Of a stretch of DNA of 20,584 nucleotides, positions 6,107 to 15,590 are shown piece after piece; the stretch's first letter is position 1, and each line of letters begins with the position of its first letter. The notes beneath the pieces were generated by a model. That model had not been told where the DNA came from. It did no database searches and saw nothing but the letters and a program-made list of their open reading frames with translations. A program made the translations under genes and the position numbers. Source of the DNA: Candidatus Zixiibacteriota bacterium (GTDB lineage Bacteria > Zixibacteria > MSB-5A5 > GN15 > FEB-12); NCBI GenBank assembly GCA_041742355.1, contig JBGSIV010000185.1, positions 1 to 20,584 on the forward strand, read 5' to 3'.

Positions 6107-8227
6107 TCACAGCCGCGGGATTTGGTCGCTGGTTCGCGGAATATAATATGAAATCGCGGAATCGGACAAATAATTCACCGGGAGCGGGATGCGCGGGTCG
6201 CCTTGGTGGACGAAGCGCTCGATGGCGGTATTTCGCCAGGCGGGGATGAAGTGTTCGCCGGAGGCGGAGAATCGTCCCCAGAGGGTGATGTAGTTATTCG
6301 GTTCGGGGACCTGACGGTTGATGGCGACGCTGATATCGATGGAGCCGTGTTCGGCGAGGATGTCGCGGAGGACCGAGTCCGGGAGGGGCAGGAGGGCGTA
6401 CTGGCGGAATTCCTCGATGCCGAGCGGGATGAGCCGTCCGTAGTGGCGGTAGACCGGTTTGGGGTAGAACAGGTTTGACAGGGGGGGCTGGCCGCCGACG
6501 AATTCGAAGGACTTGTCGTGAACCTCGAGGGTGAAGGCGTTGCGGCGGCCGGCGCCCGAGTTGAGGTCGACGGCGATGACCAGCTGATCATCGGGGAGGA
6601 TCGGCTCGAGGTGCGAGATGTAGATGCGGGTGCCGGCTTTCATCTGGTCGGAGTCGAGTCGGCAGGAGAACTCGGCCCATTGGTCGCGGGCGAAGGAGTT
6701 GGAGGTCATGACGGCCGCGAGGATGGCTGTGGCAATGGCCGGGATGACATACCGGTTGAGGCGGAGGTGTCCGGCGATCGGCCGGAAGAGCAGAATGAGG
6801 CCGGAAGCGATAAGGGCAATTCGGATCAGGAGCGCTGCGCCGACGATGATCTCGCTGAGGCCGGTTCCGAGGAGGGCGTTGAGCCATTGGGGTTCCAGCA
6901 GCCAGCCCCCGAGAAGGAGAGCGAGACCGAGCGCGAATTCCCTGGCCGCGGGGTGTGTCCTTGATTTCAGGGTGTCGTGGGCGATGGATAGAAACCAGCC
7001 GGCGGTCAACATCATCATGGGTATCGCCTGGAAGCTGTAGCGAGAGATGGCGTGGAAGATTAGGTGGAGGGCGGTGTAGTAGCCAACAATCAGGAGCGGC
7101 CAGGCGGCGAGGGTCCGGTTGGTGCGGAGCAACAGGAGCAATCCGACGAGGCCGGCGACGATCAGGGCGAGGTGGAGGATTTCGCCGACCGTCCAGGGGA
7201 TTATGAAGGAGCGCTGGAAATCGTTGTAGGGTCGCCGCCAGAGGCGGTCGAGTTTTTTGACCATGAGGCCGATGTAGCCGTCCGGGTCGCCGGAGATTTC
7301 GGCCGAAACGGAGCGTTCCCAGAACCCCTCCTCTACCTTATCGAGATCATACCCCTCATAGAGCACCGAGGAGGACTGCAGGAGGTTGGCCTCGGCGTAT
7401 TTCGGGTCGCGCAGGGTGAGCTGGCCGAAGTGGGCGGAAGCGACGGAAAGCCAGAGGACGAAGATGACGGCGGCCGGGGTGGCGTAGATCAGGGCCATGC
7501 GTCCGAACGTGCGGAGATCGGAGGATCCGCGGGTGTACAGGTAGAATCCGAGCAGCAGCGGGAGGCCGAGGAGCATGGCGGTCGGTTTGTTCAACACGAG
7601 GGCGCCGGTTACGAGGCCCGCGAGAAGGAGGGGCCGGGTATGGCCGGTTTCGGAGCCGCGCATCAACAGGTAAATTGCCAGCAAAATCAGCAGGCTGGTG
7701 GAAGTCTCCAACAGCAGGAGGGTCGAGGTGAGGATGAACGGAAAGTAGAGAGCGTAGATGGCGCCCGCGACGAGGGCGCCTTTTCGTCCGACGAGGCGCA
7801 GGCCGATCAACATGAGCAGGAGATTGGCGGCGACATCGAAGCCGATGCCGAAGAGGCGGGCAACGGTGAAGTCGGCGACGGGTGAGAGGAAGAAGATAAT
7901 GGCCAGGACGAACGGGTACAGGGGGCCGCTGAAGAAGATCTCCTCGCGCGCTTCGGTGAGGGTGTGGGGGGTGTAGGAGAGCCACTCGATCTGTTCCCCC
8001 TGGATGTACTTCTCGTAGTAATCCTTGAAGCGGTAGCGGTCTTCGCGTTCGTCGGCGGCGGGCTCGGGTGATTCGACCAGTGAAATCAGGCCGATGCCGG
8101 CGGCGGCGTAGCGCCGGGCGTCCCACATGACCGGGAGGAGGTCGCCGAAGAGCAGGTAGCCCAAGCGCAGGACGATCGAAGCGATGAGGATGATGGTGAG
8201 GGCGCGGCGGAAGAGTGGGTCGGTCAT
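6107..8227 (-). CDS. GT-C fold membrane glycosyltransferase (ArnT/PMT_2-like) with a C-terminal soluble domain
   Basis: 706 aa with many transmembrane segments. Acidic WDARRY loop after TM1, followed by GPLYPFVLA, LLLET, LNKPT and a late SRY motif typical of this family. Confidence 0.85.
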   Translation of the reverse strand: MTDPLFRRALTIILIASIVLRLGYLLFGDLLPVMWDARRYAAAGIGLISLVESPEPAADEREDRYRFKDYYEKYIQGEQIEWLSYTPHTLTEAREEIFFSGPLYPFVLAIIFFLSPVADFTVARLFGIGFDVAANLLLMLIGLRLVGRKGALVAGAIYALYFPFILTSTLLLLETSTSLLILLAIYLLMRGSETGHTRPLLLAGLVTGALVLNKPTAMLLGLPLLLGFYLYTRGSSDLRTFGRMALIYATPAAVIFVLWLSVASAHFGQLTLRDPKYAEANLLQSSSVLYEGYDLDKVEEGFWERSVSAEISGDPDGYIGLMVKKLDRLWRRPYNDFQRSFIIPWTVGEILHLALIVAGLVGLLLLLRTNRTLAAWPLLIVGYYTALHLIFHAISRYSFQAIPMMMLTAGWFLSIAHDTLKSRTHPAAREFALGLALLLGGWLLEPQWLNALLGTGLSEIIVGAALLIRIALIASGLILLFRPIAGHLRLNRYVIPAIATAILAAVMTSNSFARDQWAEFSCRLDSDQMKAGTRIYISHLEPILPDDQLVIAVDLNSGAGRRNAFTLEVHDKSFEFVGGQPPLSNLFYPKPVYRHYGRLIPLGIEEFRQYALLPLPDSVLRDILAEHGSIDISVAINRQVPEPNNYITLWGRFSASGEHFIPAWRNTAIERFVHQGDPRIPLPVNYLSDSAISYYIPRTSDQIPRL

Positions 8228-8242
8228 GGTGAACGCCTGTCG

Positions 8243-9283
8243 TTACGACGCGGGCTGCGGGGGCATCGGGCCGACCTCGGAGGAGGCGGCCTCAAGCTCG
8301 AGCTTCCGCAGCGACAGGTGTTCTTTTTTGAGGAAATAGAACCCCATAAGGGTCACGACGATATACTGGGCGGCGTGGAGCACGAGGGCGCACGAGAGGG
8401 CGTCGGCCTTGGCGACGCCGTACTGCATGAGCGACCAGACGGCGCCGGCGTGGTAGACGCCGACGAAGCCGGGGGTGGACGGCACGAGAATCGAGATGGA
8501 CACGACGACCAGGAGGACATAAGCGGCGTCGAGCGGCAGGTCCAGGCCGAACGCGGCGAAGATGAAGATGTTGGAGAGGCCCATGAGCAGCCAGATGAGG
8601 AGGGTCTGCACGCCGACGGAGACGACGTTCCGGATGCTGGTGAGGAACTCGAGTCCCCGGGAGAATTTCAGGATGATGGCGGCCATCTTGTCACGGACGG
8701 TCAACGGCAGAAAGAAGAGGTAGTGGGTGAGCATGTAGCCGGCCTGTGATGGCCGGGCGGCTACGACTACCATGAAGACGATTCCGGCAATAGCGATGCC
8801 GATAGCGAGGTACAGGCCCCGCTCCATGGTGGACGTCATCGGGATGGGCGAGAAGTAGAGCACGCCGCCGAAAATGAGCAGGAGGGCCACAAGGTCGAAG
8901 ACCATGCGTTCGACGAAGATTGTGGCGAGGGAGGCTGATTTGGTGATGGCCCGGTCCTGGGCCGACAGGGAGTAGGCGCGGACGAATTCGCCGAGGCGCA
9001 GCGGAAGGACGTTGTTCGCCATGAAGCCGATGCAGGTGGCGGCGAGCAGGTTGTTGAACGGGACGATCTTGATTGGCTCGACCATGGCCCGCCAGCGCCA
9101 GGCGCGCTGGTACATGGTCAGCACGATAAAGGCGACGTTGGGCAGCAGCCACCAGTAATTGGCGCCTCGGAGTGCGGAGGCGAGGTCGGTGAAGTCGATG
9201 CGGTTGAAGAGCAGCCAGAGGAGGACACCCGAGACGAGGATCCCGATCACGATGTAGAGCATCTTCTTCGCTTGCAGCGTCAT
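8243..9283 (-). CDS. Lysylphosphatidylglycerol synthase TM / flippase-like membrane protein (UPF0104, AglD2-like)
   Basis: Motifs RAWRW, GFMANNVLPLRLGEFVRAY, IFVERMVFD and PSTPGFVGVYH. Start reassigned to the ATG at 9283, which overlaps the upstream TGA (ATGA coupling). Confidence 0.92.
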   Translation of the reverse strand: MTLQAKKMLYIVIGILVSGVLLWLLFNRIDFTDLASALRGANYWWLLPNVAFIVLTMYQRAWRWRAMVEPIKIVPFNNLLAATCIGFMANNVLPLRLGEFVRAYSLSAQDRAITKSASLATIFVERMVFDLVALLLIFGGVLYFSPIPMTSTMERGLYLAIGIAIAGIVFMVVVAARPSQAGYMLTHYLFFLPLTVRDKMAAIILKFSRGLEFLTSIRNVVSVGVQTLLIWLLMGLSNIFIFAAFGLDLPLDAAYVLLVVVSISILVPSTPGFVGVYHAGAVWSLMQYGVAKADALSCALVLHAAQYIVVTLMGFYFLKKEHLSLRKLELEAASSEVGPMPPQPAS

Positions 9284-10395
9284 GGCTTCTTCCCCACGAG
9301 GTTGCAGATCAAGGCATCGAACTCGCGACCGGCATTGTCCCAGCTGAAGGTGGCGGCCCATTCGAGGGCTCCCTGTTCGAGACGGCGGCGCAGCGGTTCA
9401 TCGGTCAGGATCCGGACGAGGCGGTCGGCCAAGGCGCTGGTGTCGCCATACGGGTACAGGAACCCGGTGCGGCCGTCGCGGACCGAATCGCGCAGGCCGG
9501 GCGAGTCGGCGGCAACGACAGTGGTGCCGACCGAGTTGGCCTCGATGTTGGTCAGTCCCCACCCCTCTTTGAGCGACGGCAGCACGGCGACATGGGCGCG
9601 GCGCATGCGATCGACTTTGTCGGCCACCGGGACGAAACCGGGGAATTCGATATCATCGGTCAGGCCGAGTTTGGCGGCCTGCGCTTTGAGCGGCTCAAGG
9701 TAATCGCCGCTGCCGACGATCATAAGGCGGGCATCGGGGATTTTGTCCTTCACCGTGCGCATCGCCGAGATGAGGTGCTGTACCGATTTGTACTTCTTGA
9801 TGCGGCCAAGGTAGAGCACGGTCGGGCGGTCGTACTTTTTGACCGAGGGGTCATGGGCGTAGGTTTTTCGGTCGATGCCGCAGTGGATGACCGAGATGTC
9901 TTTGCGCGGAACGCCGCGGGCGACGAGGTCATCGGCGGTCGATTCGGAGATGACGTTGAAGGGTCTCCCCTTGTAGACATAGACGACAGGGCGTTCGGCC
10001 AGAAAGATGTAGCTGGCCAGGACGGGATTGATCTCGTGGAAGACGGTGGTGGCGAAGAGGTGCGGGATGACCACGAGTGTCCTGAGGTTCAGGTACAGCG
10101 GCGTGTAAAACGGGATCTTGTTGATGTCTTCGATGAGCAGGTCGAAGCGGTTCTCGCGGGCGAGGCGTTTGAGGTGACCCGGGGCGATCAGGTTGAAATT
10201 GTAGCGGTTGCCGCGGCGGATGATGCGGATACCCTCGATGGTCTCCTCGGGTTTGCAGTGCGGGTAGCCGGAGCAGAACAAGGTGACCGAGTGACCGTAG
10301 GAGACCAGTCGCCGAAGGAGTTCTTCGAGGTGGACCTCCGCGCCGCCGGCGTAGGGGTTGGTCAGATCGTTCCAGTTGAGGGCGAGAATGTTCAC
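9280..10395 (-). CDS. Glycosyltransferase family 4 (GT-B)
   Basis: NPYAGGAEVHL, YLGRIKKYK and PSLKEGWGLTNIEA (EX7E). Start reassigned to the GTG at 10395, overlapping the upstream TGA (GTGA coupling). Confidence 0.95.
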   Translation of the reverse strand: MNILALNWNDLTNPYAGGAEVHLEELLRRLVSYGHSVTLFCSGYPHCKPEETIEGIRIIRRGNRYNFNLIAPGHLKRLARENRFDLLIEDINKIPFYTPLYLNLRTLVVIPHLFATTVFHEINPVLASYIFLAERPVVYVYKGRPFNVISESTADDLVARGVPRKDISVIHCGIDRKTYAHDPSVKKYDRPTVLYLGRIKKYKSVQHLISAMRTVKDKIPDARLMIVGSGDYLEPLKAQAAKLGLTDDIEFPGFVPVADKVDRMRRAHVAVLPSLKEGWGLTNIEANSVGTTVVAADSPGLRDSVRDGRTGFLYPYGDTSALADRLVRILTDEPLRRRLEQGALEWAATFSWDNAGREFDALICNLVGKKP

Positions 10396-13373
10396 CGGCG
10401 GGTTTCCCTGGTGAGATCGTCGAAGTTGATGCCCGCTTCGAGTTCGCGGAGGGCGCTCTTTATCTGCTGGTCGTTCGGGTTGAATTCCAGCCACAACTGG
10501 AGGGACCGTTTCATGCCGTTGACATCCCGGGTGCCGTAGTCCATGCGCATGAGTTCATCGAGCGCCCGGCGGTAGTCGTGGGTTGAGCGGATGATTTCCT
10601 CGAGGGTCGACCGTCCGGAGGCGGTGTCTCCCTGTCTCACCTGGGCGAGTCCGAGCAGGGTGCGCATCCAGTTGAGGTCGCCGTACGCGCAGGTATCGAC
10701 CAGCCGCTGCAGGTCGTCGACTCTCCCCTGCTGTTCGTAGACGCTGGCGAGATACTCCGGCAGGTCGCCGGCATACGGGATCAATTTCCATGCCCCGGCC
10801 ACCAGCTTCTCGGATGTGGCGACGTCACCCGCTTTGCGCAGGGTGTCGGCCACCATGAGGAAGCTGTTCCCGTAGTTGCGGGTGAGGCGCTCGGTGGCCT
10901 CGTCCTTGTAGACGTCGGGATCGGCGACGCCGCGGGCAAGGAACTGGTTCTGGAAGAAGTCGAGGGACGTCTCGACGTCGACGTTGAGCCGGCCGTGCGG
11001 TTCGCCGACGCGGAAGAGCATGCCGGTCATGGTCAGGCGGGAGTCGATCGGCTGGCCTCGGTAGCGCCGCACGCCGGAGCCGACGGTCACGGAGAAGTAG
11101 ATGGGGCGTTCCCCGTAGTAGCGGTCGATCAGGGCATCGATGACCATGTCCTGCAGCCGGTACACGGTGCCGTCGGAGGTGCGGTGGGGCCGAAGCTGAT
11201 CGATCTCCGCGTCGGTCCAGGGCAACTCCAGACCCATGGTGCTGCGGAGCTGCCTGACGTACCAGTTGGTATTGGCCAGAGAGAGGTTGACCACGAGAGC
11301 ATCGGTGCGGTTGCCGTAGGTCTGGTGGAGGCACCAGAGCGGGAAGGTGTCGTTGTCGCCGTAGGTGAAGATGATGCTGTTGGGTTCGGCGGAGTTGAGC
11401 AGGTTCATGCCGTAGTCGTAGGGGATGTAGTTGCCGGCGCGGTCGGTTAGGTGGTAATTGCCCGTGATCGCGACGATTGGGGTGGCAAAGAGGAGCATCG
11501 AAGCGGCGACAATCGGCATGCGTATGGCGGGTCGGTCGCGCAGGCTGTCGCGGAGGGCACCGACAAGGAAGGCCAGGCCGATGCCGATGGACAGGCCGAA
11601 GAGCACAAACGCAGAGGTCCAGAAGTAGTCGCGGTCGCGGACTTCGAGGTAGTCCTGGCCGGTGGTCGGGTGCTGCCGGGTGCCGTCGGCGAAGTTCATG
11701 TAGAGTACGAGGCCGATGGAGGTTAGCAGTAAGAGGAGGACCAGGATCAGGCCGGCCCGCGGTCGTCGGCGAAGCACTTCCCACGCGCCGAAGAGTCCGG
11801 CGAGCACGAAGAAGACGGAGGCGGGGCCTCGGGCGCCGTACTGCTCGTGGAAGAAGCGCCAGAAGCCCATGCGCTGGTAGCCGCCGAACTGGTTTTCCCA
11901 GGATCCGCGGCGGACGAACATGCGCTCGACCATGGAGACCTGGCCGTACTGCTTGCGATCGAGGAAGTCGATGGTGGCGCTGATGGTCTGGGGATTGTTC
12001 TCGTTGATGGCCGGTTCCTGACTGGCCCGGACGGGGATGAAGACGTTGATCGAGAAGCCGGCCACGGCGACCGCGAGGATGAGGAGGGCCGCTTTCCATT
12101 CGGGCAACACGCGCGCGAGGCCAAGCATCGTGAGAACCACCGCGGCCAGCGCAACGGCAAAGAGGAAGGGCTTGACCTCGACGATGATCAGCGAGACGGC
12201 CAGGATGGCGATGAGGATATCCCACCGGATGTAGCGGCGGATGAGCCAGGCGAGCAGGATCGCGGCGATGGCCGAGACGAGCAAGAACGGCTTGTAGCCT
12301 TTGAAGATGTGGAGCAGGCCGAACATGATGACGGCGGCGGTGATGAATCCAGCCGGTGCGAGCCAGGTGCGGGCGGCGTTTTCGGTGTGGCGGTGATCGA
12401 AGAAGATTTTGACCAGGTAGACGGCGGCGATGATGAGCCCCGAAAAAGCGAGGAGGCCGCCAGCGTTGAGCATGCCGGCAGCACCGCCGATGGATGTCAC
12501 GCGCTGCAGCAGGACGCCGTAGAGCGGGAGCATCGCGATAAGAAAGCCCAGACCGACCCAGAGATGGATCCTCGGGATGTCCTCGAAGGAGAAGACGTAC
12601 AGGAAGAAGAAGGCGGCCGCGATAGTCACCGGGATATAGAAGGGGATCTCGCCGGGCCGTGAGGAAAGGGCGAAGATCAGGTACAGTTCGGTGACGAAGA
12701 AGAGGCCGACGGCGTACCAGACCCAAGTCGGGCTGTCCTTCTTGAGCATGAAGAGGAGGGCCACGATCGGCAGGGCGATGAAGGCCATCATGTGGACGCC
12801 GACGCCAAGAACGGCGAGGAACACGGCAAGGAACATGAGGCGGTCGCCTTTCGGCGTGCCCTGGTGGTCGCGGTAGACGAGGCCGAGCCAGAATACGGCG
12901 AGCATGATGACCATGGTGAGGCCGTAGACCTCGGCCTCGACGGAGTTGTTCCAGTTAACGAGGTTGAAGGCGCCGAACAGGGCTCCCGAGATGCTTCCGC
13001 CGTAGACGATCAGGCGGCTGGTCCAGTCGGTTTCGGTGAACCACGAGCGCAACAGGCGGACGACAACCAGATAGCCGAACATGGCGGCGAAGGCGGATGA
13101 GACGCCGGAGAGGAGGTTGACCCGCATGGCCGGATCGGAAACGATGGGCAGCAGGGAGAACAGCCGTCCGAGCAGCACGTAGAGGGGCGATCCCGGTGGA
13201 TGGGGGACGCCGAGGATACTTGAGACGGCAATAAATTCACCGCAGTCCCAGAATGACAGGGTCGGGGCGGTGGTGATGGCGTAGAGTGTCAGTGTGAACA
13301 GCCAGACGGCTGCGGCGATGACAGCGTTGGTCCGGTCGAACCGGCGGGGATGGAGGATTTCGGTGTTGCTCAT
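10392..13373 (-). CDS. DUF2723 / TMEM260-like GT-C membrane glycosyltransferase with C-terminal TPR-like helices
   Basis: 993 aa with APTLSFWDCGEFIA, LGVPHPPGSPLY, AEVYG, EVRDRDYF and TYGDNDTFPLW motifs, numerous TM segments and a helical C-terminus. Confidence 0.93.
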   Translation of the reverse strand: MSNTEILHPRRFDRTNAVIAAAVWLFTLTLYAITTAPTLSFWDCGEFIAVSSILGVPHPPGSPLYVLLGRLFSLLPIVSDPAMRVNLLSGVSSAFAAMFGYLVVVRLLRSWFTETDWTSRLIVYGGSISGALFGAFNLVNWNNSVEAEVYGLTMVIMLAVFWLGLVYRDHQGTPKGDRLMFLAVFLAVLGVGVHMMAFIALPIVALLFMLKKDSPTWVWYAVGLFFVTELYLIFALSSRPGEIPFYIPVTIAAAFFFLYVFSFEDIPRIHLWVGLGFLIAMLPLYGVLLQRVTSIGGAAGMLNAGGLLAFSGLIIAAVYLVKIFFDHRHTENAARTWLAPAGFITAAVIMFGLLHIFKGYKPFLLVSAIAAILLAWLIRRYIRWDILIAILAVSLIIVEVKPFLFAVALAAVVLTMLGLARVLPEWKAALLILAVAVAGFSINVFIPVRASQEPAINENNPQTISATIDFLDRKQYGQVSMVERMFVRRGSWENQFGGYQRMGFWRFFHEQYGARGPASVFFVLAGLFGAWEVLRRRPRAGLILVLLLLLTSIGLVLYMNFADGTRQHPTTGQDYLEVRDRDYFWTSAFVLFGLSIGIGLAFLVGALRDSLRDRPAIRMPIVAASMLLFATPIVAITGNYHLTDRAGNYIPYDYGMNLLNSAEPNSIIFTYGDNDTFPLWCLHQTYGNRTDALVVNLSLANTNWYVRQLRSTMGLELPWTDAEIDQLRPHRTSDGTVYRLQDMVIDALIDRYYGERPIYFSVTVGSGVRRYRGQPIDSRLTMTGMLFRVGEPHGRLNVDVETSLDFFQNQFLARGVADPDVYKDEATERLTRNYGNSFLMVADTLRKAGDVATSEKLVAGAWKLIPYAGDLPEYLASVYEQQGRVDDLQRLVDTCAYGDLNWMRTLLGLAQVRQGDTASGRSTLEEIIRSTHDYRRALDELMRMDYGTRDVNGMKRSLQLWLEFNPNDQQIKSALRELEAGINFDDLTRETRR

Positions 13374-13431
13374 ATCTATTATAGGCCGGGAGGATCCCGG
13401 CGGACTAAGTCCTTGCCAGTCAAAACGCTTG

Positions 13432-13459
13432 AATATAAGGGATTTTTGAGCCGTGTAAA
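13432..13459 (-). promoter_or_regulatory. Putative sigma70 promoter for the glycosylation operon
   Basis: Minus strand TTTACA-N16-TATATT in an AT-rich patch about 60 nt upstream of the DUF2723 start. Confidence 0.5.
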
Positions 13460-13499
13460 GCCTGAATAGCGCGGAAAGTGGCGGGGGGCAACGGACCGG

Positions 13500-13534
13500 A
13501 ACAAAGAAACGGCGGGAGTCCAGGCTCCCGCCGT
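13500..13534 (-). terminator. Rho-independent terminator after the lipoprotein gene
   Basis: Minus strand ACGGCGGGAG-CCTGGA-CTCCCGCCGT (10-bp stem) followed by TTCTTTGTT, 30 nt after the stop codon. Confidence 0.85.
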
Positions 13535-13564
13535 GAGATCCGAGTATTGGTCGCGGCGATGGGA

Positions 13565-14782
13565 TCAGTCTTCAGGCCAGACCCGAACGGTATCGGGACC
13601 CCAATCGCAGTTGATGCTGCTTTCGCTGCGTCGCCAGGTTATCGGATTGATCAAAGGGAGGGGCAGGCGGATCGCGACGGTGGGGTTGAGGCCGGCAGCG
13701 TCATCGACTGGCGGGCAGTCGGCGGTCGGGACCATGACGGTGTAGTCGATGGTTGTGCCGGTGGCGCCGGATTCGATCCAGTCGAGCCAGACTCCCCCGC
13801 CCCAGTTGTGCTGGGCGCCGGCGCGAAGGATGACGACGGCATGGGTGGAGAAATCAACGGGAGGACCAAACGCATACCAGGGATTCTCCATGCCACCGCC
13901 CGGGATTGGGATGGTATCGGAGGTGACGCTGTCGATGTAGATGGTATCGGGGTACGACCAGCGGGCCGAGTCGCAGGACCAGGCGGTTTGCAGCCAGCGG
14001 GCGTAGGTCGCCGAATCGCGGATGACGGTCTCCCCCGCGCCGAGGTCACACGGAGCATCGGTGTAGTAAAGGGTCATAGGCTCGGACGGATCGGGACCCC
14101 AGGAGCAGGAGTACACGGTGTCGGCGCGAATCCACGAAACGGGTTGGGTGATCGGTTTGGGGATCACCACGGCGATCATCGGGGATGTGGGGCCATCGAC
14201 CCACAGGGCGAACATCATGGCGCAGGAGGAATCGAGTTCGGACACGGTGTAGCGGATGCTTGTCCCCTGTTCGCTGGTGGTCACGCCGGTGACCTGTATG
14301 GATCGGCCGAGGGCGGAGTCGTCTTCGAGGATGATGACGGCGACGGCCGAGCTGTCGAAATCGATTGCCGGCGGGGACCAATGGTAGGGATCGTCGGGGT
14401 AGACGGAATCGTAGACGCTCGAATCGTACATGGTGGAATCACCCGGGTCGACGAGCGAGTCCCATCCGGTCGCGGTGCATGAGTCGATAGCCAGCCAGAA
14501 GTCAGCGAAGGCGTCGGAGTCCTCGATGAGGAAATGGCCGGGCTCGCCGCAGGCGAACTCGGCGTAGTAGAGGGCCGGGTAGCCGTAGGCGGTATCGAAA
14601 TCGGGGAATTCCCAACCCGAAGTGTCCGGGCCCGAGCCGTACGGGTCGTTGTTTTCGTAGCGGCCGCCGCCGGCGAGCGGGGTGGTTGGACGGTGATCGC
14701 CGGTGGTTGGCGAGTCGCTGTCGCAGCCGAAGAACAGGATCAGGGTCAGCAAGAGACAACCGGCACAGATAACTTTGACCAT
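13565..14782 (-). CDS. Lipoprotein with two PrcB C-terminal-like domains
   Basis: 405 aa with a signal peptide ending FFG-C. Internal duplication: PPAIDFDSSAVAVIILEDDSALGRSIQVTGV...TSPMIAVVIP versus PPVDFSTHAVVILRAGAQHNWGGGVWLDWI...LNPTVAIRLP, matching the PxVDF...GxxI pattern of PrcB_C. Confidence 0.8.
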   Translation of the reverse strand: MVKVICAGCLLLTLILFFGCDSDSPTTGDHRPTTPLAGGGRYENNDPYGSGPDTSGWEFPDFDTAYGYPALYYAEFACGEPGHFLIEDSDAFADFWLAIDSCTATGWDSLVDPGDSTMYDSSVYDSVYPDDPYHWSPPAIDFDSSAVAVIILEDDSALGRSIQVTGVTTSEQGTSIRYTVSELDSSCAMMFALWVDGPTSPMIAVVIPKPITQPVSWIRADTVYSCSWGPDPSEPMTLYYTDAPCDLGAGETVIRDSATYARWLQTAWSCDSARWSYPDTIYIDSVTSDTIPIPGGGMENPWYAFGPPVDFSTHAVVILRAGAQHNWGGGVWLDWIESGATGTTIDYTVMVPTADCPPVDDAAGLNPTVAIRLPLPLINPITWRRSESSINCDWGPDTVRVWPED

Positions 14783-14864
14783 ATTTCCCCTCCAGACCGA
14801 TATCGATCAGGGCAGTGTGGAGTTCGTTTTACCATGTCACGGGAGTGCCTCGAGACACCCCTAC

Positions 14865-14892
14865 AGTATAACGCCGGGGCGAGTACTTTCAA
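14865..14892 (-). promoter_or_regulatory. Putative sigma70 promoter for the lipoprotein gene
   Basis: Minus strand TTGAAA-N16-TATACT about 80 nt upstream of the ATG. GGAGGGG SD-like sequence before the start. Confidence 0.55.
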
Positions 14893-15014
14893 GGGATTAT
14901 TGCGTTAAGGTGAAGCACCACAAGTGCGATTTGTCCATTTTCGCGGGATCAGGCCCCTTCACACCGAAGGGGCGGGGAGCGGCGGTTCTTCGGCCGATCG
15001 GGAACCGGGGCCTG

Positions 15015-15476
15015 CTACTGGTTCCCGGTGGATTCTCCGTTGCGCTCCGACCGTTTCACGTATGAGTCGAGGATGCCGTTGACGAACCCGGAGGATTCGG
15101 CGGTGGAGAATTTCTTGGCCAGTTCGATCGCTTCGTTGAGGATCACTTTGACCGGCGTGTCGCGGTGCTCATCGAGTTCGATCAGGGCCATGCGGAGGAT
15201 GACGCGGTCGATCGCGGCGATGCGGTTGATGTTCCAGTTGACCGCCAGGCCGGAGATCTTCTCGTTGGCCCATTCGGCGCGGCGGAGGGTCGAGGCGAAG
15301 AGCTTGCGGGCGAACTCGGTGGGGCCGTCGGGCAGCGTCTGCTCCTTCAGGAGCTCGGTCAGTGCCTCCTGCGGGTTGACAGTGCCGAATTCGGCGGAGT
15401 ACAGGGCCTGCAGGACCAGTTCGCGGGCGCGCCGGCGCGGCGGGTCGGAGGGGTTGTCGAACGGGCGATCGGGCAT
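15015..15476 (-). CDS. nusB: Transcription antitermination factor NusB
   Basis: RRRARELVLQALY arginine-rich N-terminus, IDRVILR, VILNEAIELAKKFS and FVNGILD. Confidence 0.98.
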   Translation of the reverse strand: MPDRPFDNPSDPPRRRARELVLQALYSAEFGTVNPQEALTELLKEQTLPDGPTEFARKLFASTLRRAEWANEKISGLAVNWNINRIAAIDRVILRMALIELDEHRDTPVKVILNEAIELAKKFSTAESSGFVNGILDSYVKRSERNGESTGNQ

Positions 15477-15517
15477 TATTGGTTTGCTCGGTTTTTCATG
15501 GTTCAGTTCGTGGGGGA

Positions 15518-15546
15518 AGGATAGAGGATGGCGGAGGAGAAGTCAA
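15518..15546 (-). promoter_or_regulatory. Putative dedicated sigma70 promoter for nusB
   Basis: Minus strand TTGACT-N17-TATCCT about 40 nt upstream of the nusB start. Confidence 0.6.
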
Positions 15547-15590
15547 GGGGGGGTGAGTCTTCGTTCGATGCGAGGGGCGGGGCGAACGGG

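Noticed and set aside
4122..14482. Long plus-strand and alternate-frame ORFs (4122-6047, 7064-7885, 9592-10539, 10825-12726, 13478-14482)
   Set aside because: Antisense or frame shadows of high-GC3 genes that already have clear family assignments.
14953..15007. Hairpins downstream of nusB (GCCCCTTC-ACACC-GAAGGGGC and a weaker neighbour) as a terminator
   Set aside because: No U-tract follows on the minus strand and no REP tag is present, so function cannot be supported.
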